From: the human T2T-CHM13v2.0 reference genome, Homo sapiens
Assembly (NCBI RefSeq): GCF_009914755.1
Contig: NC_060940.1
Length of the DNA stretch: 64,000 nucleotides
Direction: 5' to 3' (one strand)
The notes under the pieces were generated by a model. That model made no database searches. It saw nothing but the letters and a program-made list of their open reading frames with translations, and was not told the origin of the DNA. Both the position numbers and the translations under genes were made by a program. This document shows, piece by piece, positions 1 through 20,870 of the stretch (position 1 is the stretch's first letter; each line of letters opens with the position of its first letter).

Positions 1-312
<312 letters not shown>

Positions 313-667
313 CTACCAAAGATCATCATTGTTGGCTGCACTTGTGGTTTCAGGCAGGTAGCCTTGGCGAGTTTGTTCATACCTCATGATCATTGGAGCT
401 GAGATTTGCAAACTGCTCAGTGCAGCCCTGACTCCCTGTGAGTCAAAAGCCACTTCTCACCTCACCAGGAGCTGTGGTGTTTGTTGGGTGTCAATGTACG
501 ACTTTAGTTGTTGTTGTTTTAAAGTTCTACTGTGTGTTTTTTTAAAGGACCAGTGAAATTTGAAAATAGCCAAGGAAAAGAAAACTGGTTCCCACAATCA
601 CAGACACCACCATGGAACACACCAAGGCAATTTCTTCATTATAAAAATTTTATTATGAAGAGACAGG

Positions 668-1045
<378 letters not shown>

Positions 1046-1349
1046 TCAGCCTCCCAAAGTGCTTGGATCACAGGCATGAGTCGCCGCACCTGGCCAACAC
1101 GGGGGCAGTTTTTGATGCAATGTCTGCAGTGGCTGGAGGGAGCTGGGCTCCTGCTCACATCATGCTTTGTGCTTCGGTTGCTCCCACTTCAGGGCTGCAC
1201 TCACCCTCCCTCAGCAAACCTCAGACTTGGAAGAGGCTACCATGAGGGTGTGTGGCTTGGTTTAGACCTTGTTGACAAAGAAGTCAGTTAATCCCAAGTT
1301 CAGTAACTAATAAACATCAGCACATGGTAACACACAGTCTAACTACTAG

Positions 1350-1490
<141 letters not shown>

Positions 1491-1654
1491 TGAGTAGCTG
1501 GGATTATGGGCCTGGGCCACCACGTCTGGCTCTGTGAGTCAGCACAGGGAATCTTACCATGGACGCTGCCGGGAGATGCAGGGCCACTCAGGTGTGCACG
1601 TACACTGGATTCAAATACAGGCAGCAGACATAGACAACGATGCCGGGAGAGGGG

Positions 1655-2060
1655 CGGCTGGCAGAAGAATGGCCCCAAAGATGCCTGTGTTTTCATCCCC
1701 AGGGGGAGCCTGTGAAGGCGCAGCCTCATGCAGCAGAGGGGAGTTAAGGCTGCAGGGGAAGTTGAGGTTGCTCATCAGCTGACCCAAGATACAGAGATTA
1801 CCCTGGATCATCCTGGTGGGCACAGCATAATCACAAAGTTCTTATCAGTGGAAGAGGGGTCAGGAAGAATACCAGAGAGGTGGGATGGGAGGACTCAATG
1901 GGCTTTGAAGATGGGGGGGTGCCATGAGCCAAGGAACGGGGAGGCTTCCAGAATAAGCAGCTGGTTCTCCTCAGGAGCTCCCAGCTGGGGCCAGCCCTGC
2001 TCACGCCTGGACCTCAGCCAGTGAGACCCGCTTCAGTGAGCCCCACTGGCTCCTGAAGGC
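1655..2060 (+). mobile_element. MLT1-type (ERVL-MaLR) LTR
   Basis: GGCAGAAGAATGGCCCCAAAGATG...GAGATTACCCTGGATCATCCTGGTGGGC...GCCATGAGCCAAGGAA resembles MLT1 consensus. Confidence 0.75.
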
Positions 2061-2324
2061 TGCTGCACCTGACTCAGGATAGCTGGGACTTGGAGTAGGG
2101 TGGGACACAGGGCACAGAGGGCCGGCCAGGGCTGCAAAAAGATCCCGGTGGCACCTCATGAGCTGGGGACAGGGGTCCTGTGCCCGACCATCTTGCGTCT
2201 CTTTTTGTTTCTACCTTTGCAATAATAATAATACAAGTAAAGTCAGATAGAAGTTCAGGAAGCATGCACATGGGATGCTCCAGTCTCCAGCCAGCACGAG
2301 GAAATCATCACTCTCCAATCAAAG

Positions 2325-2865
2325 GCAGAGGGCGAACAATGGCGCCATCACGGTGCACTGCAGCCTCAACCTCCTGAGCTCAAGGGGTCCTCCCACCTCA
2401 GCCTCCTAGGTGCTGAGGACCACAGGCGTGCAGCACCATTCCCAGCTATTTTTTTTTACTTTTTGTAGAGATGGCATCTCACTATGTTGCCCAGTCTGGT
2501 ATCCACCTCCTTACTTAAGCAATCTTCCTTCCTCAGCCTCTCAAAGTGCTGGGATTACAGGCATAAGCCACCGCACCCAGGCCCGAGGTTGAGCTTTTGA
2601 GTGGCTGTCACCCTACTTTCCACAACAGTCACACCGATTGCTGTTCCCATCAGCAGTGCATGCCAGGCCTCCACATCCCACCAACACATGCTGCAGCACT
2701 GTCTGACTTCAGCATCTGAATGCATGTGAAGCGGAGTCTCACTGGGGCTGTAATCTGCATTCTCCAGTGACCGGCAGTGCCACGCAGCATCCCCCTGCTC
2801 ACTGGCCACTGTATGTCTATGGAGAAACATCTGTCCAGACCCATCGCCCATCTCTGCACCTTTCT
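2325..2865 (-). mobile_element. AluJ-like (2325-2585) followed by degenerate L1M fragment (2590-2865)
   Basis: Antisense Alu motifs; TTCCCATCAGCAGTGCATG...CCACATCCCACCAACAC...CTGCATTCTCC resembles the antisense L1M ORF2 3' region. Confidence 0.7.
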
Positions 2866-2875
2866 GCTCATTTCT

Positions 2876-3523
2876 AAGGTGAGAAAACAGAGGGTGAGGA
2901 AGGTGAGGGAACACAGGGTGGGGAAGGTGACGAGACAGAGGGTGAGGAAGGTGAGGAGACAGAGGGTGGACAAGGTGAGGGGACAGAGGGTGGACAAGGT
3001 GAGGGAAGAGAGGGTGGAGAAGGCGAGGGGACAGAGGGTGGGGAAGGCGAGGGGACAGAGGGTGGGGAAGGCGCGGGGACAGAGGGTGGGGAAGGCGAGG
3101 GGACAGAGGGTGGGGAAGGCGAGGGGACAGAGGGTGGGGAAGGCGCGGGGACAGAGGGTGGGGAAGGCGCGGGGACAGAGGGTGGGGAAGGCGAGGGGAC
3201 AGAGGGTGGGGAAGGCGAGGGGACAGAGGGTGGGGAAGGCGACGGGACAGAGGGTGGGGAAGGCGAGGGGACAGAGGGTGGGGAAGGCGACGGGACAGAG
3301 GGTGGGGAAGGCGACGGGACAGAGGGTGGGGAAGGCGAGGGGACAGAGGGTGGGGAAGGCGAGGGGACAGAGGGTGGGGAAGGCGAGGGGACAGAGGGTG
3401 GGGAAGGCGACGGGACAGAGGGTGGGGAAGGCGACGGGACAGAGGGTGGGGAAGGCGACGGGACAGAGGGTGGGGAAGGTGAGGGGACAGAGGGTGGGGA
3501 AGGTGAGGGAACAGAGGGTGACA
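2876..3523. repeat. 24-bp G-rich minisatellite, about 27 copies (AAGGCGAGGGGACAGAGGGTGGGG)
   Basis: Direct reading; 8-aa periodicity in all overlapping ORFs. Confidence 0.97.
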
Positions 3524-4394
3524 ACCATCCAAGCGTGAAACTCATGGGTATGTGCTTGGGCTGCAGACACCCTGGCCTCACCCCACCTTGGCCCTTTTGA
3601 TCCATGAGACTGCACAGTTCCCCTCCTGGACCCTTGGTTCCCCCCACACCCAGGAGGCATAGAACAGGCAGGACATCCTGTGGCCAGAAAGATGATCGGG
3701 GGTCTCCAGGGCACGGAGCCCCCACCCACACACTACAGTAGGGATTGACAGCAGCCTGACCGCCACTGCCCTTTCCCCTGTAAGGTGGGGTTCCCAGTGG
3801 ATGGCCAGAGGGTCCCACCCCAGTGGCTCCAATCCCCACCCTCCACGTCAGCACCAGCCAGGTGGTCACCGTCAATGACCCTGTCACCCTCCCGGGGGAA
3901 GGGGCTTCCAGGCCCACAGCCCTGGCAGGTTCATGTGGGGCACTGGCCCTCTTCCTGCCCCACCCACCAGCCCTGTGGTCTGGGCGCCTGGCTCACACCT
4001 CCCTTCCTCCCACACGCACCAGCCACAGGCTCCAGGGTCTCAGAGGAACTCCTGGGACATCCCTTTATCTGGCACCAAAGCCCGGGGCAGGGCCTGCATG
4101 TTGACCGACTGCCTTCTCTGCTCTGGCTGGGCTGAATAGCTGGGCCCAGCTCCCTCCCGGGGACTCTTCCCCCAGCCAGGGTTCACCTGAAGGCACCAGT
4201 GAGGCAGCGCCACCCCGAACAGGGGTCCCCAGACTTTGGAAAAATCACAAACCAGAAAACTGTCGACAATCACTTCCGGGTTAGCATAGGACTCTAACCT
4301 TATGTTTTTTCCAGATACTGACATTAATTTTTTTAACTATTGCTCAATAGTCTCAATATCTCATAAAAGCACCTTTTAGCACCAAATACAGTAG

Positions 4395-4571
<177 letters not shown>

Positions 4572-5109
4572 TGAATGATTTATTCCACTTGGCGCTCCTT
4601 TTCCTCGTTTCACTGTACATCGATGAAGACATTGGCACCAACGCACAGGTCCATGGATCAGAGTTGAGGAAAGTCTGTTCCAATCTTAACCCTTTTGGTG
4701 CTGGCTTTGTTTTACTGAAGACGAAACAGAGGGTCCAAGTGGTTACATCCCGAGCGCCGGCAGTGGCTGCACGAGGCAGGACTGCCTCCAGCTCTAACTG
4801 TACTGCACCTGCACCCACCAGCCAGGGTCCGCCGCTTTCAGCCGGAATCCATAGACAATTCACACGGCAAAGAGAGGAGACCAAGCTTGGGTTTCAAAAT
4901 GAGCTGAAATATCAAAGCAGAATAAAGTCACTTCTTTAAATGTGGGGCCATTTCAGAGTTAATTTCACAAAAGGAGACATCGTGTTGCTTCAAACTGCTG
5001 TGCAAACATCAGAGTGACTCGTTATCTAAGTCTCAGTCAGAAACACTGGCAGTCACTTCTGATCTGCGTTAGATTGTAAGTCATTTGTTCTCCTCTAAAT
5101 AGCAACAGG

Positions 5110-5473
<364 letters not shown>

Positions 5474-6364
5474 TCAGGCACCCAGCGGGGGCTCACTTGA
5501 GAGGGTTAAGAGGGTGAGTGCCTGGGAGGAGCCTTCAATCAAAACTTAGCTGTAGCTGAGTCCAACTGTGTGGTACCTCCCCAGCACAGCCCTCTGACCT
5601 GGGAACAGGCCCAGAAAACACAGAGGGAGTGAAGGTTGGTTATCTCCCCCTGAGGTCTGCGCTCCTACCCCTGGCTCCTGATCCGAGCCCTTGCTGTCAG
5701 AGAAGACAGGAACCTCACACTTCCTGAACACGCGCAATGCCCCTACCAAAACACGGGAGCTGCAGGCGGGCCTTTGGTCTTCTTCTGCTCCGTGCCCATT
5801 GCCATCTTCCAGAAGACACACATCATGCCTGTTCTCTCCTTCCAGGCCAGGCCAGGGGAGAGGGTGGCCCCCACCCCAACCCCAACTCTGCTCCAACCGA
5901 AGGAGCCTCCTCCTGTGTGCGCCCCCGTCCCCAGCACGGCGCAGCTCTACCACCAAACAGACAAAGCACAGCCAGCTCTGATTGACCCAGGGAGGCCGGG
6001 GACCTTGCCCTCTGGAGCAGCCCACATGGCCCACCGATGGCGCAGTGGCCCCCACACAGAAGGCTGCCCTTGGGCTCCTTTCCGGAGCGGCATGGCCCGG
6101 AGGAAGTGGCCAGGTAGCAAGGCCAGGCTACAGTGAGGCTGGCGGAAAGAAGAGGAAATGGGCGTGGACACCATCTGCCGGACTCAGAGCCCTGGGGACT
6201 CAGGCAGTCTGACAGCAACCTTGGCCCATGAAAACACGGAGCCTAAGGGGCTCCCGGGAGAGGACAGTCCAGGCTCCGAGCCCAGCTCAGATGAGAGGCT
6301 GCCCGGATAATGACCTTCAGAGGGCTCTGCTCATCATTACATGAAATTATGCAAATGAGACTTT

Positions 6365-7750
<1,386 letters not shown>

Positions 7751-8269
7751 ATCACATTTTTTAATGTGCTCATTGGCTGCCGACAGGTGCCAGCTCTGGA
7801 CTGGGTTTGGTAGAACTGAACCCCGGGCTCAAGCCCAGCTCCTTCCGCTCCTGGCTGAGCTCCTCCTTCTCAGGGCTTCATGTCATTGTTCCTGAAATGA
7901 AGGCTGAAAAAGCCCTCTGCCTCCCACAGGGACACAACCTTGTCCAGGGGCTCCACCGCTGGGAAGCCTGGCCTCGCTGATCCTCCGGGTCTGTCTTCCC
8001 CGGCAACACACCTGTCCCTGGTCACGCCTGCCTGCCACAGGCTCTGTGGCTCCCAGCCCCACACTCCTGAGCCCTCTGGAAGACACACTGCCCCACACAT
8101 GACCTTCCACACCCACTGGGCCCACAGGGCCCTGCTCCTCCTGACGCATGCCTCCAGCTGTGGGCTGTTCCAAGTGGCGGGAATGCCCTTCCCGTACTCC
8201 TCCATGTCCAAATCCTTCTCGGCACGGAGGGGCTGGGGCAATCTTCCTCTGAAACCCCCTCATTTAGAG

Positions 8270-8615
8270 GCTGTTTTAGGTTGAGCCGTGTCCCTAGCCC
8301 CAGGACCTGTGGATGTGGAACCAGGGTCTTTGCAGAGGTAATGAAGGTAAGATGAAGGGTCACAGCTCTGGGCTGCTGCGGCTTATGTCCTGATAAGGAG
8401 AAGGAGACAGAGACACAGAGGAGGGGCTGTATGAAAACGGACAGCGAGGAAGCCACCAGCCAGGAGCTGGAGAGGCAGGAAGGGGCCTCCCTGAGCCCTG
8501 CAGGGAGGGCAGCCCTGAGACCTCTTGGTTTCAGATTTGTGGCCTCCAGAGCTTTGAGAGAGTAAATTTCTGTTGTTTTAAGCCTCCCACCTCCCGGCTG
8601 GTGGTCACGTGTGAC
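8270..8615 (+). mobile_element. MLT1-type LTR
   Basis: AGGGTCTTTGCAGAGGTAATGAAGGTAAGATGA...GGCCTCCAGAGCTTTGAGAGAGTAAATTTCTGTTGTTTTAAGCC. Confidence 0.8.
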
Positions 8616-9012
8616 GGGGCAAAAACCGAGCCCCGGACCTCACAGGGGTAGAAACCGAGCCCCAGGCCTCAAGGCTTTGCACCTGGGTTCTTGCTATTTA
8701 AGTGCACGCTGCACCTCTGACAGCAGCGGGGAGGCTCCTCCAAGACACAGCTGCGTGGCGGCTCTTTCTCCCACGACACAGCATGGCCAGAGGCCCACAG
8801 GATGCCACAGAGGTGGTGCCAGCCGGGCTCCCTGGGCTTTTCATAGACCTGGCATCACAGGTGCCACTAAGAGGAAACATTTTGCCAAGTCCTTCAGATA
8901 GTGCTCCCAAGAGCCACGGTCGTTCTACTTTATTTTTCTCAAAGCCACGGTTTCAGGTGAGAGAAGAGTTTTCTCTGTCTCCCTCAAACCTGCCATGAAA
9001 AGTGAGTTAATC

Positions 9013-9319
<307 letters not shown>

Positions 9320-9562
9320 TTAATTTCACACTCAGGAGGGACAGCATTGGTCATTTAATAAAGCTGCAGAAGGTTGCCTAACTTCAGTGCAGTAACCAAA
9401 ATTAACGAGTTTATACACTGTCCATTAAAAGACACTTCGTGTGAATGTAGAGGGGAATGCGTGCCGAGTGGAGATCCACTGCTGTTTTGTGGGATCTGGG
9501 GAGGAAGGAGTCAGCCCCGGTGGGTTCCTGCAGGGCTGCCGTCTGCAAGCTCCAGCCAGGGC

Positions 9563-9625
9563 GGGACGCACGCAGTGCAGAGCTGGGACGGACGCCCGCA
9601 GTGCAGAGCTGGGACGGATGCGCAG
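9563..9625. repeat. 26-bp tandem duplication (CGCAGTGCAGAGCTGGGACGGACGCC, about 2.4 copies)
   Basis: CGCAGTGCAGAGCTGGGACGGA at 9571 and 9597. Confidence 0.85.
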
Positions 9626-9921
9626 CTGAAATTCCGGCACTGCCACCTCCTCTCTCTCTGACTTGAGCCTGGGGTAGGGGGATCTTCAGTGAGGTCTGGA
9701 AAAAAATGACAGAGATGTTATTGCTTCTGTGAAAACCCCAGTGTGCCTGGGGACATCGGCCCAGGCTCATCACTGGGTCACCGCCGGAGGAAGGCCTCCG
9801 CGTTTGCTGGTGGCCTCATCACAAGTATAAAATGTTTACAGCCCCAGCTAGCGGAGAGGTGGGAGCCTGGGCAGGTCACCAGGAAGCCCCGGTCAGGCTG
9901 GGGTGCTGGTCTCTGGACGAG

Positions 9922-10310
9922 GGTCCTGTGGCTGCTGGAACAAAAAACCCCAGAGTTAGTGGCTTGAAACCACACAGCTTCATCCTCTCACAGTTCTGCA
10001 GGCCAGAAGCTAACGCAGGTTTCTCAGGGCTAAAACTGAGGTGTGGGCAGGGCTGCTTCCTCCTGGAAGGGCTCCGGGGAGAATCCGTTCCTCGCCTTTC
10101 CCAGCTTCCAGAGGCTGCCTGCGTTCCTTGGCTCTCAGCCCCTCCTCCATCTTCAGAGCCAGCAGGGCAGCCTCTCCTCTCCTCTCTGACCTGCTGCCCG
10201 CCTCTTACGAGGACCTTTGTGGTTCAGGGGGACCCGCCCGGATAATCCAGGGTCATCTCCCCTCTCTTGATCCTTAACTCAGTCATATCTGCAAAGTCCC
10301 TTTTGCCAGT
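9922..10310 (-). mobile_element. MLT1-type LTR (antisense)
   Basis: GTGGCTTGAAACCACACAGC...CTCTCACAGTTCTGCAGGCCAGAAG...ATCTGCAAAGTCCCTTTTGCCA. Confidence 0.8.
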
Positions 10311-10915
10311 GGGGTCCCAAGGGAAGAGCAAGGGTCAGGTCTGGAGCACTCAGGAGGAGAGACTCGAACCTGGAGGTTATGGGCGAGTTCACACCAGGCC
10401 CCTGCCCTTGCCTTGTATCTCAGGGACCCAGTCTCTGTCCCAGCCCTCCTCCCTACTCCTTCCGCTGGTCCCGCCTCAGCCAGGCCCCTGGGAGCATTCG
10501 AGTCCTCATCTGAAGACCCGCAGCAGCAACCTCGGCCCCACCCCCAGCCCAGCTGGGCCTCCCTGACACAGCCTTCCCGCCTCCTCTCTTGAGCAGGGAT
10601 GGGCAGTGGGCAGCTGGGAGGCAGGGAGACAGGGACAAAGGACTCCCCTTCCAGGGCTGGTCCAAGCCCCTCCATGCTGGCGCCAAAGGCCTGGTTGGCT
10701 TTGAGGGAGGCCCTGCAGCTCCCAGCCTCCCCGCTCCCTCCCACAGCTGCCAACCCTCCACCAGGGAACCCTTGTCTGAGCCAGGGGCCACCGCCCTTCC
10801 CCACGGCCCCATTCCTCCAGCCTTGCAAGGCGCCAAGCAAGGGGCATCTCTCTCCCTCGGGCCTCATCCTGCACGCCTGACCTTTCCCATCCCAGGTGTT
10901 ATCATAACCTTTTAG

Positions 10916-11274
<359 letters not shown>

Positions 11275-11924
11275 TAGCAGAATTTCCGCTTAATTCCCAG
11301 CATTTTCAGCTCCAAGTCTTAACACTTCCCCTCTGTCTTAATGTGGCTCCAGTGGCCCTTCGTCTCTCCCCTGCCCCTTCCATGCCTCCCGCCCCATCCC
11401 CACCCCCTCTGCCCACCCCCTGGCTCCTCTCCACCCCCAGCCCCTCCACAGCTCTTTGTCTCCACCTCTAAGACTGGGGCTCCTGGAAGCCACTGGTCCT
11501 CATCTTACCATCATCCTGGTCTCCACGGAGCCCAGGACGGAGACTCACACAGCTCAGTGGAGCGTCGCCAAGCTCGGAGGGCACGCAGCACCCTAGCAGC
11601 ACCTGCAATGGCACCTGTGCTCTCTCTCGGGAGGAGATGATGGCCCCAGCTCAGGGCCCAGAATTCGCGCCTGACTGTGCCCCCTTCCGGACCTAAGGAC
11701 CGCCCTCTGCTGTGCTGGGACTGCCTATGTCTAGACAGAGCGGGGCTCACTCCCCGACCCAAAGGGTTCCCCAGAGTGTGGCCCCATCTCCAAGGCCCTG
11801 CTGCCCCCACTGAAAACCCGCCCAGCCCATGGTGAGCACCGCAGAATTCACAAGGCGCTTCCTGCAGACACTTTCTCCCAAGCGGGCCATGCCTTCATTG
11901 CTACTCAGATCTCCCTAAAGCCAC

Positions 11925-12308
11925 TGATGTGGTTTGGCTCTGTGTCCCCATCCAGATCTCATGTCGAATTGTCATTCCCAAGGTTAGGGGAGGGGCCTGG
12001 TGGGAGGTGACTGGATCACGGGGGTGGATTTCCCCCTCACTATTCTCAGATAGTGAGTTCTCACGAGATCTGATGGTTTTAAACTATGCGGCACTTCCCC
12101 CCCCCCGACTTTCTCTCTCTCTCTCCTGCTGCCATGTGAGGACGTGCCTGCTTCCCCTTCACCTTCCACCATGATTGTGAGTTTCCTGAGGACTCCCAGC
12201 CATGCTTCCTACACAGCCTGTGGAACTGTGAGCCAATTAAACCTCTTTCTTCATAAATGACCCAGTCTCCAGTAGTTCTTTAGAGCAGTGTGAGCCTGGA
12301 CTCACACA
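11925..12308 (+). mobile_element. MST-family (MSTA-like) solo LTR
   Basis: TG...CA termini, TGATGTGGTTTGGCTCTGTGTCCCCA start, AATTAAACCTCTTT; 5-bp TSD GCCAC/GTCAC. Confidence 0.88.
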
Positions 12309-12674
12309 GTCACCCATTTCCGGGACCTTTACCACCAGGCCAGGCAGCCACCAGTCACTTTACACACAGCATCTCGTTTCCTAGCACCTGGGCGAAAGTG
12401 CTGTTTTCAGCTCTACTTACAGGCAAGGATGGAAAACCCAGAGGGTTCAGCCAGCCTCACCTGCTCGGGAGGGCACAGCTGGGCCGCCTGTACTGCCTTA
12501 GAAGGAGAAAAAGAGAAATGGAAACAGGCTCCACGCTGGGGGCCACTATTCTTACCTCACCATAACCTCACAAGGACTGAGCACACCACGGGGGCTCAGA
12601 AACCAGGGCCCCCGCTCAGAAACTGGTCCCCTCACTCACACGTGATGTGGCCACTGAAAATGGCTGGGCGCCCT

Positions 12675-14625
<1,951 letters not shown>

Positions 14626-14762
14626 TGGTCGTGCAATGTTGAGTTCGGCACTGAAACTCTCTGAGCTTCATTTTTTACCATCAGCACCCTGCTTCCCAGC
14701 GCCTTTGGGAGGAGCAAAGGAGAAAGTCGGGCCCAAGGCCCTGGCAAGAGGCCAGCCCTTGA

Positions 14763-15715
<953 letters not shown>

Positions 15716-15935
15716 ATTTTTCAGCATCCCAGAGGCCCCTGGCCTCCCAGCCACTGTCCCTCCCTTCCTGGAGGCCAGCCACCATTGTGATGAAGAGAAC
15801 CCCGTCTCTCCCTCAACATGCACCCCAAAACACCATCCTCTATGTTGCCTGTTTGTGATCCACACAGAATTCCACAGAATTGAGCCTGGCCACTTCTGCT
15901 CAATGTGATTGAGAGAGGCTTCCTTGCTGCGCATA

Positions 15936-16044
15936 ACTGCAATTCGCCCGTCTCCACTGCCGCGGAAGGGCCCGGCGACGGGATAGACCATGATTCGCCC
16001 GTCTCCACGGCCACGGAAGGGCCCGGCGATGAGATAGACTGCAA
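15936..16044. repeat. 51-bp tandem duplication, CpG-rich, inside an antisense L1M remnant
   Basis: ATTCGCCCGTCTCCAC at 15942 and 15993. Confidence 0.9.
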
Positions 16045-17015
16045 TACATTTTCCCATGAAGCTGTTGATCGGCTCCTGGGCTGTTTCTGGTTTGGAGGGT
16101 GTCATGAATGAGGCTGGCATGAGCACATGAGTTCTGGCTGAGTAGTATTTTCAGCAGCTTGGCCAAAAGGTATGACTTTTCAGGACCTGGCTGAAGGAGG
16201 GACTCCAGAGAAAAGGGCTGATGGGCGGGAAAGCGCTGGCAGAGGGGATGGCCAAGCCACAGCTGGCAGGCTGTGGTTCCCAGAGCCCCAATCAACACAC
16301 CTCAGCTCCCAACTGGGGCTACCTGGAACGACAGGAAAGGCTGACTCCATGAGCTGTCATGGCGTGGAAGACCCAGTTGTGCCCAATGGACGCAAGCTCC
16401 CTCCATTTCTGGCCATCCCCTGCTGATTCCCTCCCACCCCCACCTCCAGCCCGACCCTGCCTTCTCCACCAGGTGCCCTCCCATGAATTCAGCTCCATGG
16501 ACAGCTCCCAGGCTGCTGTCCTCCATGTGGTGCTGAAATCACCCCAACAGAGAAGCCGAGACATGGAGAAGCTAAGGAAGAAAATGGAATGAAATGGCAT
16601 GGGATGGAGCTACAGAGCCATCAGTCCTGAACCCGCCACCACGTAGAAGTGGAGGCAGGGGTCCAGAGAGGGAAGTCTTTTGCCTAAAGGGGTCATGAAG
16701 TGCTCGGTGGTAATAAATGGAATCGTCTACGACGACCGAGATTTACAGAACCCTGTCTGCATGCCAGGCACCACGCTGAGTGTTCGTATGTGGACCGCCA
16801 CCGTCAACCCACACGGCAAGCTCAAGAGTAGGGCCCTACGATTGTACCTGCTCAACAGAGGAGAAGCCTCATCGGTGAGCAGCAGAGCTGGGCCTGGAAC
16901 CTGTGTCTTCAGCCCCACCCCGGGCCTTTCCTCCCCTTGCCCTTGGTCTCAGTGGGTCCACTGTTTCTCTAGAACCAGAAAATGACAGTCACAGCAGCGT
17001 TGACGTCACCCCCAG

Positions 17016-17330
17016 TATATGAGTCAGGGTTCTCTAGAGGGACAGCACTAATAGGACAGATGTATACATGGAGGGGAGTTTACTGGGAGTATTGACTCAC
17101 ATGATCACCAGGTGAAGTCCCACAATAGGCCGTCTGCAAGCTGAGGAGCCAGGAAGCCAGTCCGAGTCCCAAATTCCAGGCGGTGAAATGGCAGCTGAAC
17201 TGACATTCATTCATTCATTCATTCATCAATCAATCATTCATTCACCCCCACCAGCCTGCAGAGGTCCTACGGTGCCAGGCCCTGGGGCTGCAGAAACAAC
17301 AGAAAAGCCCCCAGCCTCAAGCTCAGCTGC
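17016..17330. mobile_element. MLT2 (ERVL) LTR fragment 17016-17173, then L2 3' end with (TTCA)n 17205-17330
   Basis: AGTCAGGGTTCTCTAGAGGGACAG...AATAGGCCGTCTGCAAGCTGAGGAGC is typical of MLT2; (CATT)n followed by TGCCAGGCCCTG is typical of an antisense L2 tail. Confidence 0.75.
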
Positions 17331-17576
17331 GCCGGGAATCCTTTCCCCGGCCTCCTTGGGGTGTCTGAGACCTCGTCAAAGAGTTGGGGGCCCATGGACA
17401 TCTCGAGGGAAAGGCAGGGGGCCAGATGGGGTCAGAGCCAGCATCCCTCCAGAGGCTGGGACAGGGACTGGAGTGGACTCACTGTGTCTGTGGTGGGGGC
17501 CATGATGGAAGTGGGGGTCCCACACAGAACAGACAGGGCTTCCTGCAGGTTTCACCTGCAGTCCAGGGCCTGGGAC

Positions 17577-17671
17577 CACCCCCACCCCCCCATCCCCCAT
17601 CCCCCACCCCCCCACCCCCCCACCCCCCCACCCCTCTATCACCCTTCACCCCCCCATCCCCCCTTCCCCCC
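17577..17671. repeat. C-rich low-complexity tract (runs of C3-7 separated by A/AT)
   Basis: Direct reading. Confidence 0.9.
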
Positions 17672-18404
17672 GGGAACAGCGGCTGGGCGGAGTGGGAGTG
17701 CCCTCTGGTGGCTCTTTGAGGAAATAGCAAGGGCTATCCTTCGTAAAATGCTTTCAGACAGAACCGCTGGTATGGCACTCGGCCTCCCGCTGAAGACATG
17801 GATACAGGCTGGACACACACGCTTCGCTGTGTGATACACGCATGTAACGGGGCCTGTGGGGAGTAACCAGCGCTGGTGGGGCCCGGGGCTATATCCCTTG
17901 AGCGAACATAAACAAGAAAGTGAGCCCACGTTCAGCCTGGTTTTCCTTGTGGGGCATCTTCCCACATTGGCGTGGAGGTCCAAAAACAGAAAGCACAGCC
18001 TTGCCGAGCTGAGAAACAGGGATTAGAGTTTGAGGCTCCAAACCTGCTGGGGCCTGAGGGAACTTGGAGAAAGAGCCCAAAGCCCTGAGTGCAAATCCCC
18101 TTCAGGCCGTGGCCGCCCCCTAAGCTGAATATGCCCCCAAGAAACTCCAAGAAACCCAACAGAAAAGGCTCCCGGGAGGATGGAGAGCTGAGCAGGGGTG
18201 TTGGCAGCTGCGACGGGCTGGAGACCAAGCCCTGTGGGGGGCGGGGGCTGGTGACCATCACAGGCTTTCCCTTGGGAGCACAGAAGTTCCACTCCCTGGG
18301 AACAAGGGCTGTAACCCCCAAAGCCAGTCTGGACAGGGCTAACCTGGGCGCGATGGCTCATGCCTGTAATCGCAGAGCAAAAAAAAAGAATAAGAAAAGT
18401 TACA

Positions 18405-20870
<2,466 letters not shown>

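Noticed and set aside
2555-3917. Four long ORFs (253-359 aa) on both strands
   Set aside because: They arise from a stop-free 24-bp VNTR read in several frames; there is no exon structure or protein-family signal.
6349-6356. Perfect octamer ATGCAAAT (another at about 40885)
   Set aside because: About two hits are expected by chance in 64 kb on both strands; no supporting context.
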